DNA of 64,000 nucleotides from an uncultured Legionella sp. (GTDB lineage Bacteria; Pseudomonadota; Gammaproteobacteria; Legionellales; Legionellaceae): NCBI GenBank assembly GCA_903877115.1, contig CAIRCS010000175.1, positions 5,638 to 69,637 of the forward strand, read 5' to 3'. Shown piece by piece: positions 45,948 to 53,489 of this stretch (position 1 is its first letter; each line of letters starts with the position of its first letter). The notes under the pieces were generated by a model. It saw only the letters and a program-made list of their open reading frames with translations, ran no database searches and was not told where the DNA came from. The position numbers and the translations under genes were made by a program.

Positions 45948-46931
45948 TTAAGAAGAATGCAAGAAATTTGACACTCTTTGCTGCGGGTTAAAATCACTTC
46001 CATTAACAACACTAGCCTGAGCAATAGTAATTGTACGTGGATCTTCATTACCGCCAGCGCATCTATTAAAAAACCCTTGCATATGATTCAGCGGCGAATT
46101 TTCACCACCATACGTTAATTTAGCACTAGCCCAGCCAGTTAATACGGCCAAAATTGCAATTTTGTCTAGTTGTAATAACGAGGCAGTCGCAAATAAACCC
46201 AAGCCCACTAACATATTCATAGCAGTTGAAACCATAGCTTTTGCTCGATGGTATTTTGCTCTGTCTTGGTCAGCAAGATCGGGTGTCATGACCCTAATTT
46301 GATTTGCTCTCGCAATGAACGGAGTAGAAAACAATAGACCGGCGGTTGGTAACGTGAGTTGTCCGATAAGGGGTAAGGGAAATTGAGTCGCTGTAGACAC
46401 AAGACCATAATAAATAGCATTCATGGTATCGGTGAAATTAGCGCCTAATGAACTAATTAGACTTGTTCTATCCTCTGGATACACAGCTGTTTTACCAGAC
46501 CAAAAATGTTCTATGTGTTGAATGGGAGAAGCATCCCCAAGATTTAAAAATTTAGAAGCGCAAAAAGCAACCAAAAACAAAAAGCAAGCTGTTTGCCCAA
46601 ATGCCATCCCAATTGCATACGTGGCTGCAAAAATAGCGATATTTACCAAGGCTTTGATCACAGCGCCAGAATAATAACGCCATCCGTTTCTCACCTCGTC
46701 ATTGTCACCTAGAATTTCAGCAGTTTGATTCCATCGAGCAAACAAAGGTATAACAAGAGATATACCAGCTAATGCAGGATTCATTGTACCAATAATGGGC
46801 GCACCAACCGATACCGATGCGCCAATTAATCCATACCAAGCGGTTAATCCCGTATCAGCCAAGTTTGTTTTTGCTGCGCCAAAAAAGCTATCTCTACTCA
46901 TTTTTATCCCCAAAAAGATGTAATGATGCAA
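45948..46931 (-). CDS. Polytopic membrane protein with an internal tandem duplication (unknown family)
   Basis: The 327-aa ORF probably starts at 46901 (MSRDSFFG). Its two halves of ~150 aa align by eye (see finding). Confidence 0.6.
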   Translation of the reverse strand: MHHYIFLGIKMSRDSFFGAAKTNLADTGLTAWYGLIGASVSVGAPIIGTMNPALAGISLVIPLFARWNQTAEILGDNDEVRNGWRYYSGAVIKALVNIAIFAATYAIGMAFGQTACFLFLVAFCASKFLNLGDASPIQHIEHFWSGKTAVYPEDRTSLISSLGANFTDTMNAIYYGLVSTATQFPLPLIGQLTLPTAGLLFSTPFIARANQIRVMTPDLADQDRAKYHRAKAMVSTAMNMLVGLGLFATASLLQLDKIAILAVLTGWASAKLTYGGENSPLNHMQGFFNRCAGGNEDPRTITIAQASVVNGSDFNPQQRVSNFLHSS

Positions 46932-47128
46932 ACTATAATTGCATTTTGAAAAAAAAAACCTATTTTTGAAGTTATCGCAACCACTTCATTTTGCCAGCTG
47001 GTCGGAGAAGGCGCACAGAAGTCCGGATAAGCTAGAGCTCTTCTCTTATAAGAACGGCATTTGTCGCGCATTGCGATTATTTGCGCTTTTATGCTATTAT
47101 TATCACTATGAACGTTTAAGGGGTGACT

Positions 47129-47350
47129 ATGGCTCAATCAGTGAGATTATCTAGTGATTTGGTGAAAAAAGCTCAGGCAGTCGGAGAGGTGATGTCACGT
47201 TCAGGAGCGGGGCAAATTGAACACTGGGCTAAAATAGGTAAGATTGCGGAAGAGAATCCAGAGCTGCCTTATGAGTTTATTAGAGATGTCTTAATCGCTA
47301 AAGCAGAAGTAGATAATGGATTGGTTGATGATTATGATTTTGACAGTTAA
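47129..47350 (+). CDS. ParD-like antitoxin
   Basis: The sequence MAQSVRLSSDLVKKAQAVGEVMSRSGAGQIEHWAKIGK matches the ParD_like pattern (SVRL..L...A......RS...QIEHWA) recalled from memory. The gene overlaps the downstream toxin gene. Confidence 0.75.
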   Translation: MAQSVRLSSDLVKKAQAVGEVMSRSGAGQIEHWAKIGKIAEENPELPYEFIRDVLIAKAEVDNGLVDDYDFDS

Positions 47351-47621
47351 GCAATCTAATTTTTTTAAAAGAGCTGTAAAAAAACTCTCGAAGCAGCATA
47401 AAGCACGTCTAGATGAAGAAATAAAAAAAATTTTGGAAAACCCAAATTTGGGTACACGCAAGAAAGGTGATTTGGATTTTTTGAGCGTGCACAAATTTAG
47501 TCTTTCAAATCAAGAATATTTGCTGGGATATTATTATCAAGAGGATAAACTTGTCTTAACCTTATTAAAGTTGGGACCACATGAAAATTTCTATCGTGAT
47601 ATCAAAAAAGAAATAGGGTGA
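47334..47621 (+). CDS. RelE/ParE-family toxin
   Basis: The ~95-aa ORF has the pattern FFKRAVKKL...ILENPNLGTRKKGDL...YLLGYYYQEDKLVLTLLKLGPHENFYRDIK, typical of the family. The start is ambiguous (47316, 47328 or 47334). The 3' end overlaps the convergent pilD 3' end by 31 nt. Confidence 0.72.
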   Translation: MILTVKQSNFFKRAVKKLSKQHKARLDEEIKKILENPNLGTRKKGDLDFLSVHKFSLSNQEYLLGYYYQEDKLVLTLLKLGPHENFYRDIKKEIG

Positions 47622-48400
47622 AATAAATAAAGAGTACCTGCCATACAAAGGTACGGGCCAAATGGAATGGGATGATGGCGATTTTTGTGGTTGGTCCATA
47701 AATAAAGCGACCCAATGCCAATCCCGAGTACGCAAGATACTAATAAAATAGGCGTAAGGGCTGTCCAGCCGAACCATGCGCCAAATGCGGCTAAGAGTTT
47801 AAAGTCTCCATATCCCATTCCGATTTTTCCTGTGATCAGGTAGAAGATTTTGATGAGCAGCCATAAACTTAAATAAGCAATCACCGTACCCCATACTGCC
47901 GAAGAAAGAGGACAAAATACAGCTTGAGTATTTACCAGTAATCCGAGCCAAAGTAAGCTATAAGTCAGTGTATCAGGTAAAATTTGATGTTCTAAATCAA
48001 TCATGGTCAAAGCGATACAAATCCAAAGAAATGGCAAAACCGCAATTAATATCCATTGCCAACCGAAACTATACAAAGCTCCTAAAGAAAACAGTAAAGT
48101 AAGTGCTTCGATGCAGGGATAACGCCAAGAAATAGGATGATGGCAAGCATGACAATGACCGTGGAGTAAGCCATAAGACAGTAAAGGAATATTATGATAG
48201 ATAGGCACTATTTTTTTGCAATGCACACAATGCGATCTGGGGAAAAATAAATTAAATCTCAAGGTATGAGGTTGGTCTAGCATGATGGGTAAGCGGTAGG
48301 TAAGCATGGATAACACCGAACCCACCAACAACACCCCTAGGCTGTACAGCAAGATACTGAGTAGGGGGTAGGCATGAATCAATGCCTGAATGAATGTCAT
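47591..48400 (-). CDS. pilD: Prepilin peptidase / N-methyltransferase (A24 family)
   Basis: The ORF has a zinc-binding pair (CVHCKK...CHACHH) and the catalytic Asp motifs (IDLEHQILPD, GMGYGDFKLLAAFGAW). I prefer the ATG at 48400, which overlaps the pilC stop (ATGA). Confidence 0.92.
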   Translation of the reverse strand: MTFIQALIHAYPLLSILLYSLGVLLVGSVLSMLTYRLPIMLDQPHTLRFNLFFPRSHCVHCKKIVPIYHNIPLLSYGLLHGHCHACHHPISWRYPCIEALTLLFSLGALYSFGWQWILIAVLPFLWICIALTMIDLEHQILPDTLTYSLLWLGLLVNTQAVFCPLSSAVWGTVIAYLSLWLLIKIFYLITGKIGMGYGDFKLLAAFGAWFGWTALTPILLVSCVLGIGIGSLYLWTNHKNRHHPIPFGPYLCMAGTLYLFHPISFLISR

Positions 48401-49575
48401 AACACAGCTCCTAATTGGATCATCGGTAAGTACAGAGACAGAATTAAGCTGCCTATTATCAATCCCAGTAGGAGCATTAATATGGGTTCGATGCAACGAC
48501 TCAATCGTTGTAAGCTGTCTTCAACGCTCTGGGTATAATAATCCGCAAGATCGCTGAGTAGAACAGACAGGGTACCAGACTCTTCTCCAAGACTTAATAT
48601 TTGCACAACCAATTCAGGAAATAACTTGGTTTGCACAATCGCAGATCGCAGGCTTTCCCCTTGTTGTAAAGCACTTCGAATTTTTAAAAAACCTTGTTTG
48701 TAACATAGGTTACCCGAAATCAGCGCAATCCATTGTAATCCATCAGGTAAAGGAAGACTAGCTTGTTGCGCGAGGGCCAAGGCATGAAATGCGCGCGCCA
48801 AATACATGGCACGGGATACGCGACCGATTATTGGGATACTTAATAAGCGACTGTCTACCCAATGTTGTAAATGCAAAAAATGACGATAAGCGCTTTTTAG
48901 GTAGAGGCTGCTTGCTATGCCTATGCAGCCGCTTAAGATCCCATAGTGTTTGATCCAATTTGCAACGTTCAAAAGTAACAGCGTAGTCGATGGTAATGGT
49001 TTATGTGCATGTTGAAAGAACATTTGTATTTGCGGCACAAAAGTGAGCAACAAATACACAGTCACTACCCCTGCCATTATGATCACGACAGTGGGATACA
49101 TTAATAAGGTTTTAACCTGTTGTTTTAAGGCATGATCTTTGTTTTGATGACTGGCAATACGTTCTAGAATAGGACTGATTGCGCCAGTTTTTTCGCCTAA
49201 ATGAATAAACGCGCAGACCATAGGATCAAACCAACGGGGATGGCGAGCCAATGTTTCTGCAAAACTTGCGCCGGATTCCAGATCCCATTGTATTTTAGCC
49301 AGCAATGCGACTACTTTGGGATTGGATTGACACGATGTGAGGACCTGCAAAGCTTGAATCAAGGAAATACCTGTCTGCATGATTCTGGATAATTGTTGAA
49401 GCATGTGAGTGATATCGGTGGACCGCAACGCACGACTAAAAAACCAGGAGGAAGACAGTTTTTTGATGATGATGGTTTGGACGCGTAATTTTTGCTTTGC
49501 AGCAGCTCGGTTCCGGGCTGCTATGTGTCCAGATTTGATTTCTCCCAATGGGGTCAAGCCTGTCCAATGAAACAT
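48397..49575 (-). CDS. pilC: Type IV pilus assembly platform protein (GspF/PilC family)
   Basis: Two GspF-type repeats are present (GISLIQALQVL...; GESLRSAIVQTKLFPELVVQILSLGEESG). I prefer the ATG at 49575 (MFHWTGLTPLGE). The longer track ORF would overlap pilB. Confidence 0.9.
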   Translation of the reverse strand: MFHWTGLTPLGEIKSGHIAARNRAAAKQKLRVQTIIIKKLSSSWFFSRALRSTDITHMLQQLSRIMQTGISLIQALQVLTSCQSNPKVVALLAKIQWDLESGASFAETLARHPRWFDPMVCAFIHLGEKTGAISPILERIASHQNKDHALKQQVKTLLMYPTVVIIMAGVVTVYLLLTFVPQIQMFFQHAHKPLPSTTLLLLNVANWIKHYGILSGCIGIASSLYLKSAYRHFLHLQHWVDSRLLSIPIIGRVSRAMYLARAFHALALAQQASLPLPDGLQWIALISGNLCYKQGFLKIRSALQQGESLRSAIVQTKLFPELVVQILSLGEESGTLSVLLSDLADYYTQSVEDSLQRLSRCIEPILMLLLGLIIGSLILSLYLPMIQLGAVL

Positions 49576-49606
49576 TCGCTCGGACTGATATGGTAATAAG
49601 AACTGT

Positions 49607-51355
49607 TTAAATGGTTGAATCAATTTCTTCAAGCGTAGTGACCCCTTGTGATACTTCGTACAATCCAGCTTCCCGCAACGTGACCATCCCTTCTTTAGCT
49701 GCTTGTAGCGCAAGTTCGGCAGAGCACCATTTTGGTTGCAAGATACTATTTTGGATGTTTTGCGATATGGGCATGATTTCAAAAATGGCTTTGCGCCCAA
49801 GATATCCTTGATGACAGCGATGACACCCTTGTGCCTGATAGCAGTTGTTAGGGGCTGAAATTTTGCAAAAAGGACAGAGAACACGAATTAAGCGTTGGGT
49901 CATGATCAGGCTAATATTTGACATTAAAAAAGCAGCCATGCCTAATTGTTTCAGACGAAGCAAGGTTTGGATACAGCTTTGAGTATGGAGGGTTGCTAAT
50001 ACCAAATGCCCAGTATGCGCAGCTTTCATGGCTATATCTGCGGTTTCATAATCGCGAATTTCACCGAGCATGATGACATCTGGATCTTGACGTAAAAAAG
50101 CCCTTAAAACGTCGGCAAAATTTAAGCCAATTTTAGGATTAATTTGGACTTGATTGATGCCGGAAATCTTTACTTCAACAGGATCTTCGACAGTAGATAT
50201 ATTTTTGTTGCTGCTATTCAGTCGGTTCAATGTGGCATATAAGGTGACTGTTTTTCCACTACCAGTGGGGCCTGCCACTAAAATCAGACCATGTGGACGG
50301 TTTATGGCCGCTAAAATGCAGGTTTTATCCCGTTCTGATAATCCCAATTGATCCAAATCAAATTGCGGCATATGAGTATTTAAAAAACGAATAGCAATTT
50401 TTTCTCCTTGCGTAGTGGGGCAAGTATTGATACGACAATCAATGCTAGTCATTTTTGTAGGCAAACCCGTGCTTTGAATAGAAGAGGCATCGAAACTAAA
50501 ACGACCATCTTGAGGTAAGCGTCGTTCTGCAATATTCAGATCGGCCATGATTTTTAAATAAGAGGCCAGTCTGGGTGCCAGCATGGATGCGGGGCGTGCT
50601 AATTCATATAATTTACCGTCAAGTCGATATCGAATGCGATAATAATCCGCGTAGGGCTCAAAATGTAGATCGGTGGCACCACGAGCAATAGCTTGTTGTA
50701 ATAAACGTTGCACAAACGACACAATGGGTTTTTCATCATGGGGATCTGCCATTTGTTCGGGTGTGAGGGATAAGGCTTGATTGTTTGGGATTTGGCTTTG
50801 TAAATAATGAGTGAGTCCTTGTTGGTCGGTATCGCGGAGTAATTCATCAATCATAGCATTTAGTTTGGTACTGGATGCGATATGTAAAAGAATGGGTTTT
50901 TGAGTTAAGAATTGAATTTCTTTGAAGGCAATCGGATGGTTGGGATCGTCTACAGCAAGACAGATTTGTTGATCTTGGAATTGGATGGGTAACACATGAT
51001 GCTGACGTAAGAGAATCGCGGTATTCAATAATTTTGGCACACGTTGCAGGTCATATTGGTCAAGGTCAATCCAGGGAAAACCAAAGTGTTCGGCTAATAA
51101 TTGAGAGATTAATCTGGGGCAAAGATGGGCTTGAGAGATTAAATAGGGTAATAAACGATAGGCATGCGTTTGTGCTTCTTTCTGGTATTGATAAGCACAG
51201 TCTATAGATAAAAGTTGTTTTTGTACCAACAGCAAAGCAGTTGGGTTCAAGAGATCGTCCATGCGAGTTGGGTCTAGGCTTCCATGAGGCTGAGTGTAAA
51301 TCAGTTTATTCGAAAAAGCACTAGGGTTTGTTGATTTTGTTTTATCTAACGTCAT
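49607..51355 (-). CDS. pilB: Type IV pilus assembly ATPase (GspE/PilB family)
   Basis: The ORF has Walker A (GPTGSGKT), an Asp box, Walker B (IMLGEIRD), a His box (TGHLVLATLHT) and a tetracysteine motif (CPFC...CHRC). The annotated ATG lies inside a repeat arm. An alternative start is at 51262 (MDDLLNPTALLL). Confidence 0.92.
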   Translation of the reverse strand: MTLDKTKSTNPSAFSNKLIYTQPHGSLDPTRMDDLLNPTALLLVQKQLLSIDCAYQYQKEAQTHAYRLLPYLISQAHLCPRLISQLLAEHFGFPWIDLDQYDLQRVPKLLNTAILLRQHHVLPIQFQDQQICLAVDDPNHPIAFKEIQFLTQKPILLHIASSTKLNAMIDELLRDTDQQGLTHYLQSQIPNNQALSLTPEQMADPHDEKPIVSFVQRLLQQAIARGATDLHFEPYADYYRIRYRLDGKLYELARPASMLAPRLASYLKIMADLNIAERRLPQDGRFSFDASSIQSTGLPTKMTSIDCRINTCPTTQGEKIAIRFLNTHMPQFDLDQLGLSERDKTCILAAINRPHGLILVAGPTGSGKTVTLYATLNRLNSSNKNISTVEDPVEVKISGINQVQINPKIGLNFADVLRAFLRQDPDVIMLGEIRDYETADIAMKAAHTGHLVLATLHTQSCIQTLLRLKQLGMAAFLMSNISLIMTQRLIRVLCPFCKISAPNNCYQAQGCHRCHQGYLGRKAIFEIMPISQNIQNSILQPKWCSAELALQAAKEGMVTLREAGLYEVSQGVTTLEEIDSTI

Positions 51356-51431
51356 CCAGAGCGAAGCGAAGGATCTCCGGAATTAGTCACAAACCTAGTC
51401 AATTAGAGATCCTTAGCTTCGGCTCAGGATA
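51351..51431. repeat. Family-A MITE-like palindromic element (full copy) abutting and overlapping the pilB start
   Basis: The left arm is gtcatccagagcgaagcgaaggatctccggaatt. The core and right arm read agtcacaaacctagtcaattagagatccttagcttcggctcaggataa. Confidence 0.75.
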
Positions 51432-51514
51432 ATAGTATGGACCCGCCACTTTAACGAGGCTTCTAATTGAGCCAGAATGAGAATGTGAAATTCATTCAAC
51501 AAAGTGGGGGATCC

Positions 51515-51691
51515 ATGAAACAAGATATTAGCGTATTAGGAATTGATTTGGCAAAGAATGTTTTTCAAATTCACGGTGCAAATGTTCATGGGAAACGTGT
51601 ATTGAGTAAACGAGTTGGTCGAAAAGAATTAATTGAGTTAATGAGTAATTTTACACCGTGTGTTGTTGGAATAGAGGCCTGTATCTCTGGT
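51515..51691 (+). mobile_element. IS110-family transposase gene, N-terminal ~59-codon remnant
   Basis: The sequence MKQDISVLGIDLAKNVFQIHGANVHGKRVLSKRVGRKELIELMSNFTPCVVGIEACISG matches the characteristic IS110/IS1111-type N-terminus (GIDLAKNVFQ..., GIEAC). Homology stops abruptly, and the remaining ~280 codons are absent. Confidence 0.7.
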
Positions 51692-53154
51692 CGGATTGGT
51701 TTAATAAACACTTCATTGATGCCTGCGGCACTACATTCATTATGAATTTTACCTTCAGCATGGCCAGTAATAGCGACAATTGGGACAGATTTCTTATTAG
51801 TTTCTTTTTCAAACTGCCTAATTTGTTGCGCAAGCTCTATACCAGAGATCCCAGGCAAGCCTATATCTGAAAGGATGAGATCGAAGTGTTGGGTTTTAAC
51901 AAGTTCAAGAGCTGTTTCGCCATCGCTGGCAGGGGTGGGGTTACATTGGGCTTGACTGACAAGAGTTTGAGCTACATTGAGTGCGATTATATTATCTTCA
52001 ACAACTAGTATTTCTGGCGCATTTTCCAGAGCTGCCGCTATGTTTGTATTTATAGCAGCAGATTCGATGAGAATAGGAGGTTCTTCCGAGCGCGCAGTTA
52101 ATGATTGAGGCGTTATATTTTGAGGTTTAGCATCTTTATCGGGTATTTTGAGAGTCAACGTAAAAGAAAACTTAGAGCCTTCGTTTAATTTGCTTTCTAC
52201 AGAGACTTTCCCACCTAATAGCTCAGTATAGGTTTTAACTATATGCAGTCCTATGCCATGGCCTTTATCATGACCTTTGTATGATGGCGTTATTTTATAA
52301 AATAATTCAAATATTTTATCAAATGATTCGGCTGAAATTCCTATGCCGGTATCTGTGACGCTAAATAATAGCTGCACAGCACTATTGAGTTTTTTAGAGA
52401 GCGTAATATTAATGTTTACCCGACCATTTTTAGTAAACTTAATTGCGTTACCTGCTAATTTTAATAGAATATGACGGATTTTTTTATGATCACCCACTAA
52501 AACTGATGGAATTTTTGGGTCAATAGATTGAATGAGTTCAATTTTTTTGAGATCGACAGATGATTGCTCTAAATCAACAATGCTTTGTACTAGATGCAAT
52601 AAATCGAATGGCTCCTCATGAATATCTTCTACAGTAATGCCTGTCAATGAAACAACATCAAGGATTTCGTTGAGCATGTGTAATAATTCATCAGCGCTTT
52701 TGACCATGTCATGAACCTTGGCTCTTACACTTGGGTTTTCAATTTCTTTTTCCACGATACCGCCAAGTCCTACTACGCCAGAATCTTTAAGAGGGACTTT
52801 GTTGGAAATAACGGAGATCTCTTTCCCGCTGGCTATTGTAACCAGGTCTTCAATATTTAATTTTGGGATCCCCGTTGAAATTACTTCTTTATCGTCTGCT
52901 ATATATTTGTCAGCGCGCGCACGCCACGGAAAATCATGATCAGATTTTCCAATAATGTCTTCTCTATTTTCAAAGCCAGCTGCGCTTGCAAATTGGTTAT
53001 TACATCCTAAATGAATAGAGTTCTTGTCTTTCCAATAAATCATGTCTGGTGCGTATTTAATTAGGTTTTCTAATTTATGTATTTCATACTCTAAATAATT
53101 AGCATGTTTTACCAGCGATAATATGCTTAACATAAAACTTGTATTTTTAGTCAT
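51586..53154 (-). CDS. PAS / HATPase_c / receiver hybrid sensor kinase, apparently lacking the H-box helix (possibly inactive)
   Basis: The PAS domain contains YAPDMIYWKDKN...ISNKVPLKD. The N-box is LLKLAGNAIKFT and the G-boxes are DTGIGI and GHGIGLHIV. The receiver has VVEDN, LILSDIGLPG and FIKP. There is no SHExRTP-type H-box between the PAS domain and helix 2 of DHp. The last ~33 codons are antisense to the IS110 remnant. Confidence 0.75.
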   Translation of the reverse strand: MTKNTSFMLSILSLVKHANYLEYEIHKLENLIKYAPDMIYWKDKNSIHLGCNNQFASAAGFENREDIIGKSDHDFPWRARADKYIADDKEVISTGIPKLNIEDLVTIASGKEISVISNKVPLKDSGVVGLGGIVEKEIENPSVRAKVHDMVKSADELLHMLNEILDVVSLTGITVEDIHEEPFDLLHLVQSIVDLEQSSVDLKKIELIQSIDPKIPSVLVGDHKKIRHILLKLAGNAIKFTKNGRVNINITLSKKLNSAVQLLFSVTDTGIGISAESFDKIFELFYKITPSYKGHDKGHGIGLHIVKTYTELLGGKVSVESKLNEGSKFSFTLTLKIPDKDAKPQNITPQSLTARSEEPPILIESAAINTNIAAALENAPEILVVEDNIIALNVAQTLVSQAQCNPTPASDGETALELVKTQHFDLILSDIGLPGISGIELAQQIRQFEKETNKKSVPIVAITGHAEGKIHNECSAAGINEVFIKPIRPEIQASIPTTHGVKLLINSINSFRPTRLLNTRFP

Positions 53155-53244
53155 ATTATTTAGAGAATAAATAAATCCATTTGGTCAATAATTAAAATAT
53201 AGGATATAATAAGTATCATTGTAGTGATTGCAACAAAGCATCCA

Positions 53245-53489
53245 ATGCCAAAAAATGCGCCCCAAAAATCTAAAAGTACTGAAAACGACCTTGTTACTAA
53301 TAAAAATATAATTGCTATTTTAGGTAACAATGTAGCCGCTTCACCGTCTAATATTGCAATATATGACGAAGAGGGCTCTATTGATTACCATTCGTAGAAA
53401 ACTATGTTCGGTATGAACCAAATAAACTGCAATACTTTATTGCCAAATTTAATGTTTCCATAATGCAAGCTACGCCTATTACATGGTAA
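53245..53489 (+). pseudogene. Remnants of the adenylation (or FAAL-like) loading domain of the NRPS-PKS gene
   Basis: The ATG at 53245 opens a 50-codon ORF (…IIAILGNNVAASPSNIAIYDEEGSIDYHS-stop, an A1-core-like N-terminus). Frame 0 then reads VENYVRYEPNKLQYFIAKFNVSIMQATPITW-TAA(53487)-MLIENGW... The A2-A4 cores, including the SGSTGxPKG P-loop, are absent. Confidence 0.65.

Noticed and set aside
48397-49884. Long version of pilC (495 aa) overlapping pilB by 278 nt
   Set aside because: The N-terminal 103 codons do not resemble GspF proteins and overlap the PilB C-terminal coding region. The Met at 49575 gives a typical ~392-aa PilC with a 31-nt spacer.
53181-53210. A promoter for the NRPS-PKS remnant (TTGGTC-N18-TATAAT)
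   Set aside because: It is a plausible hexamer pair, but the region is very AT-rich, so such matches are frequent. The downstream gene is disrupted and there is no supporting evidence.
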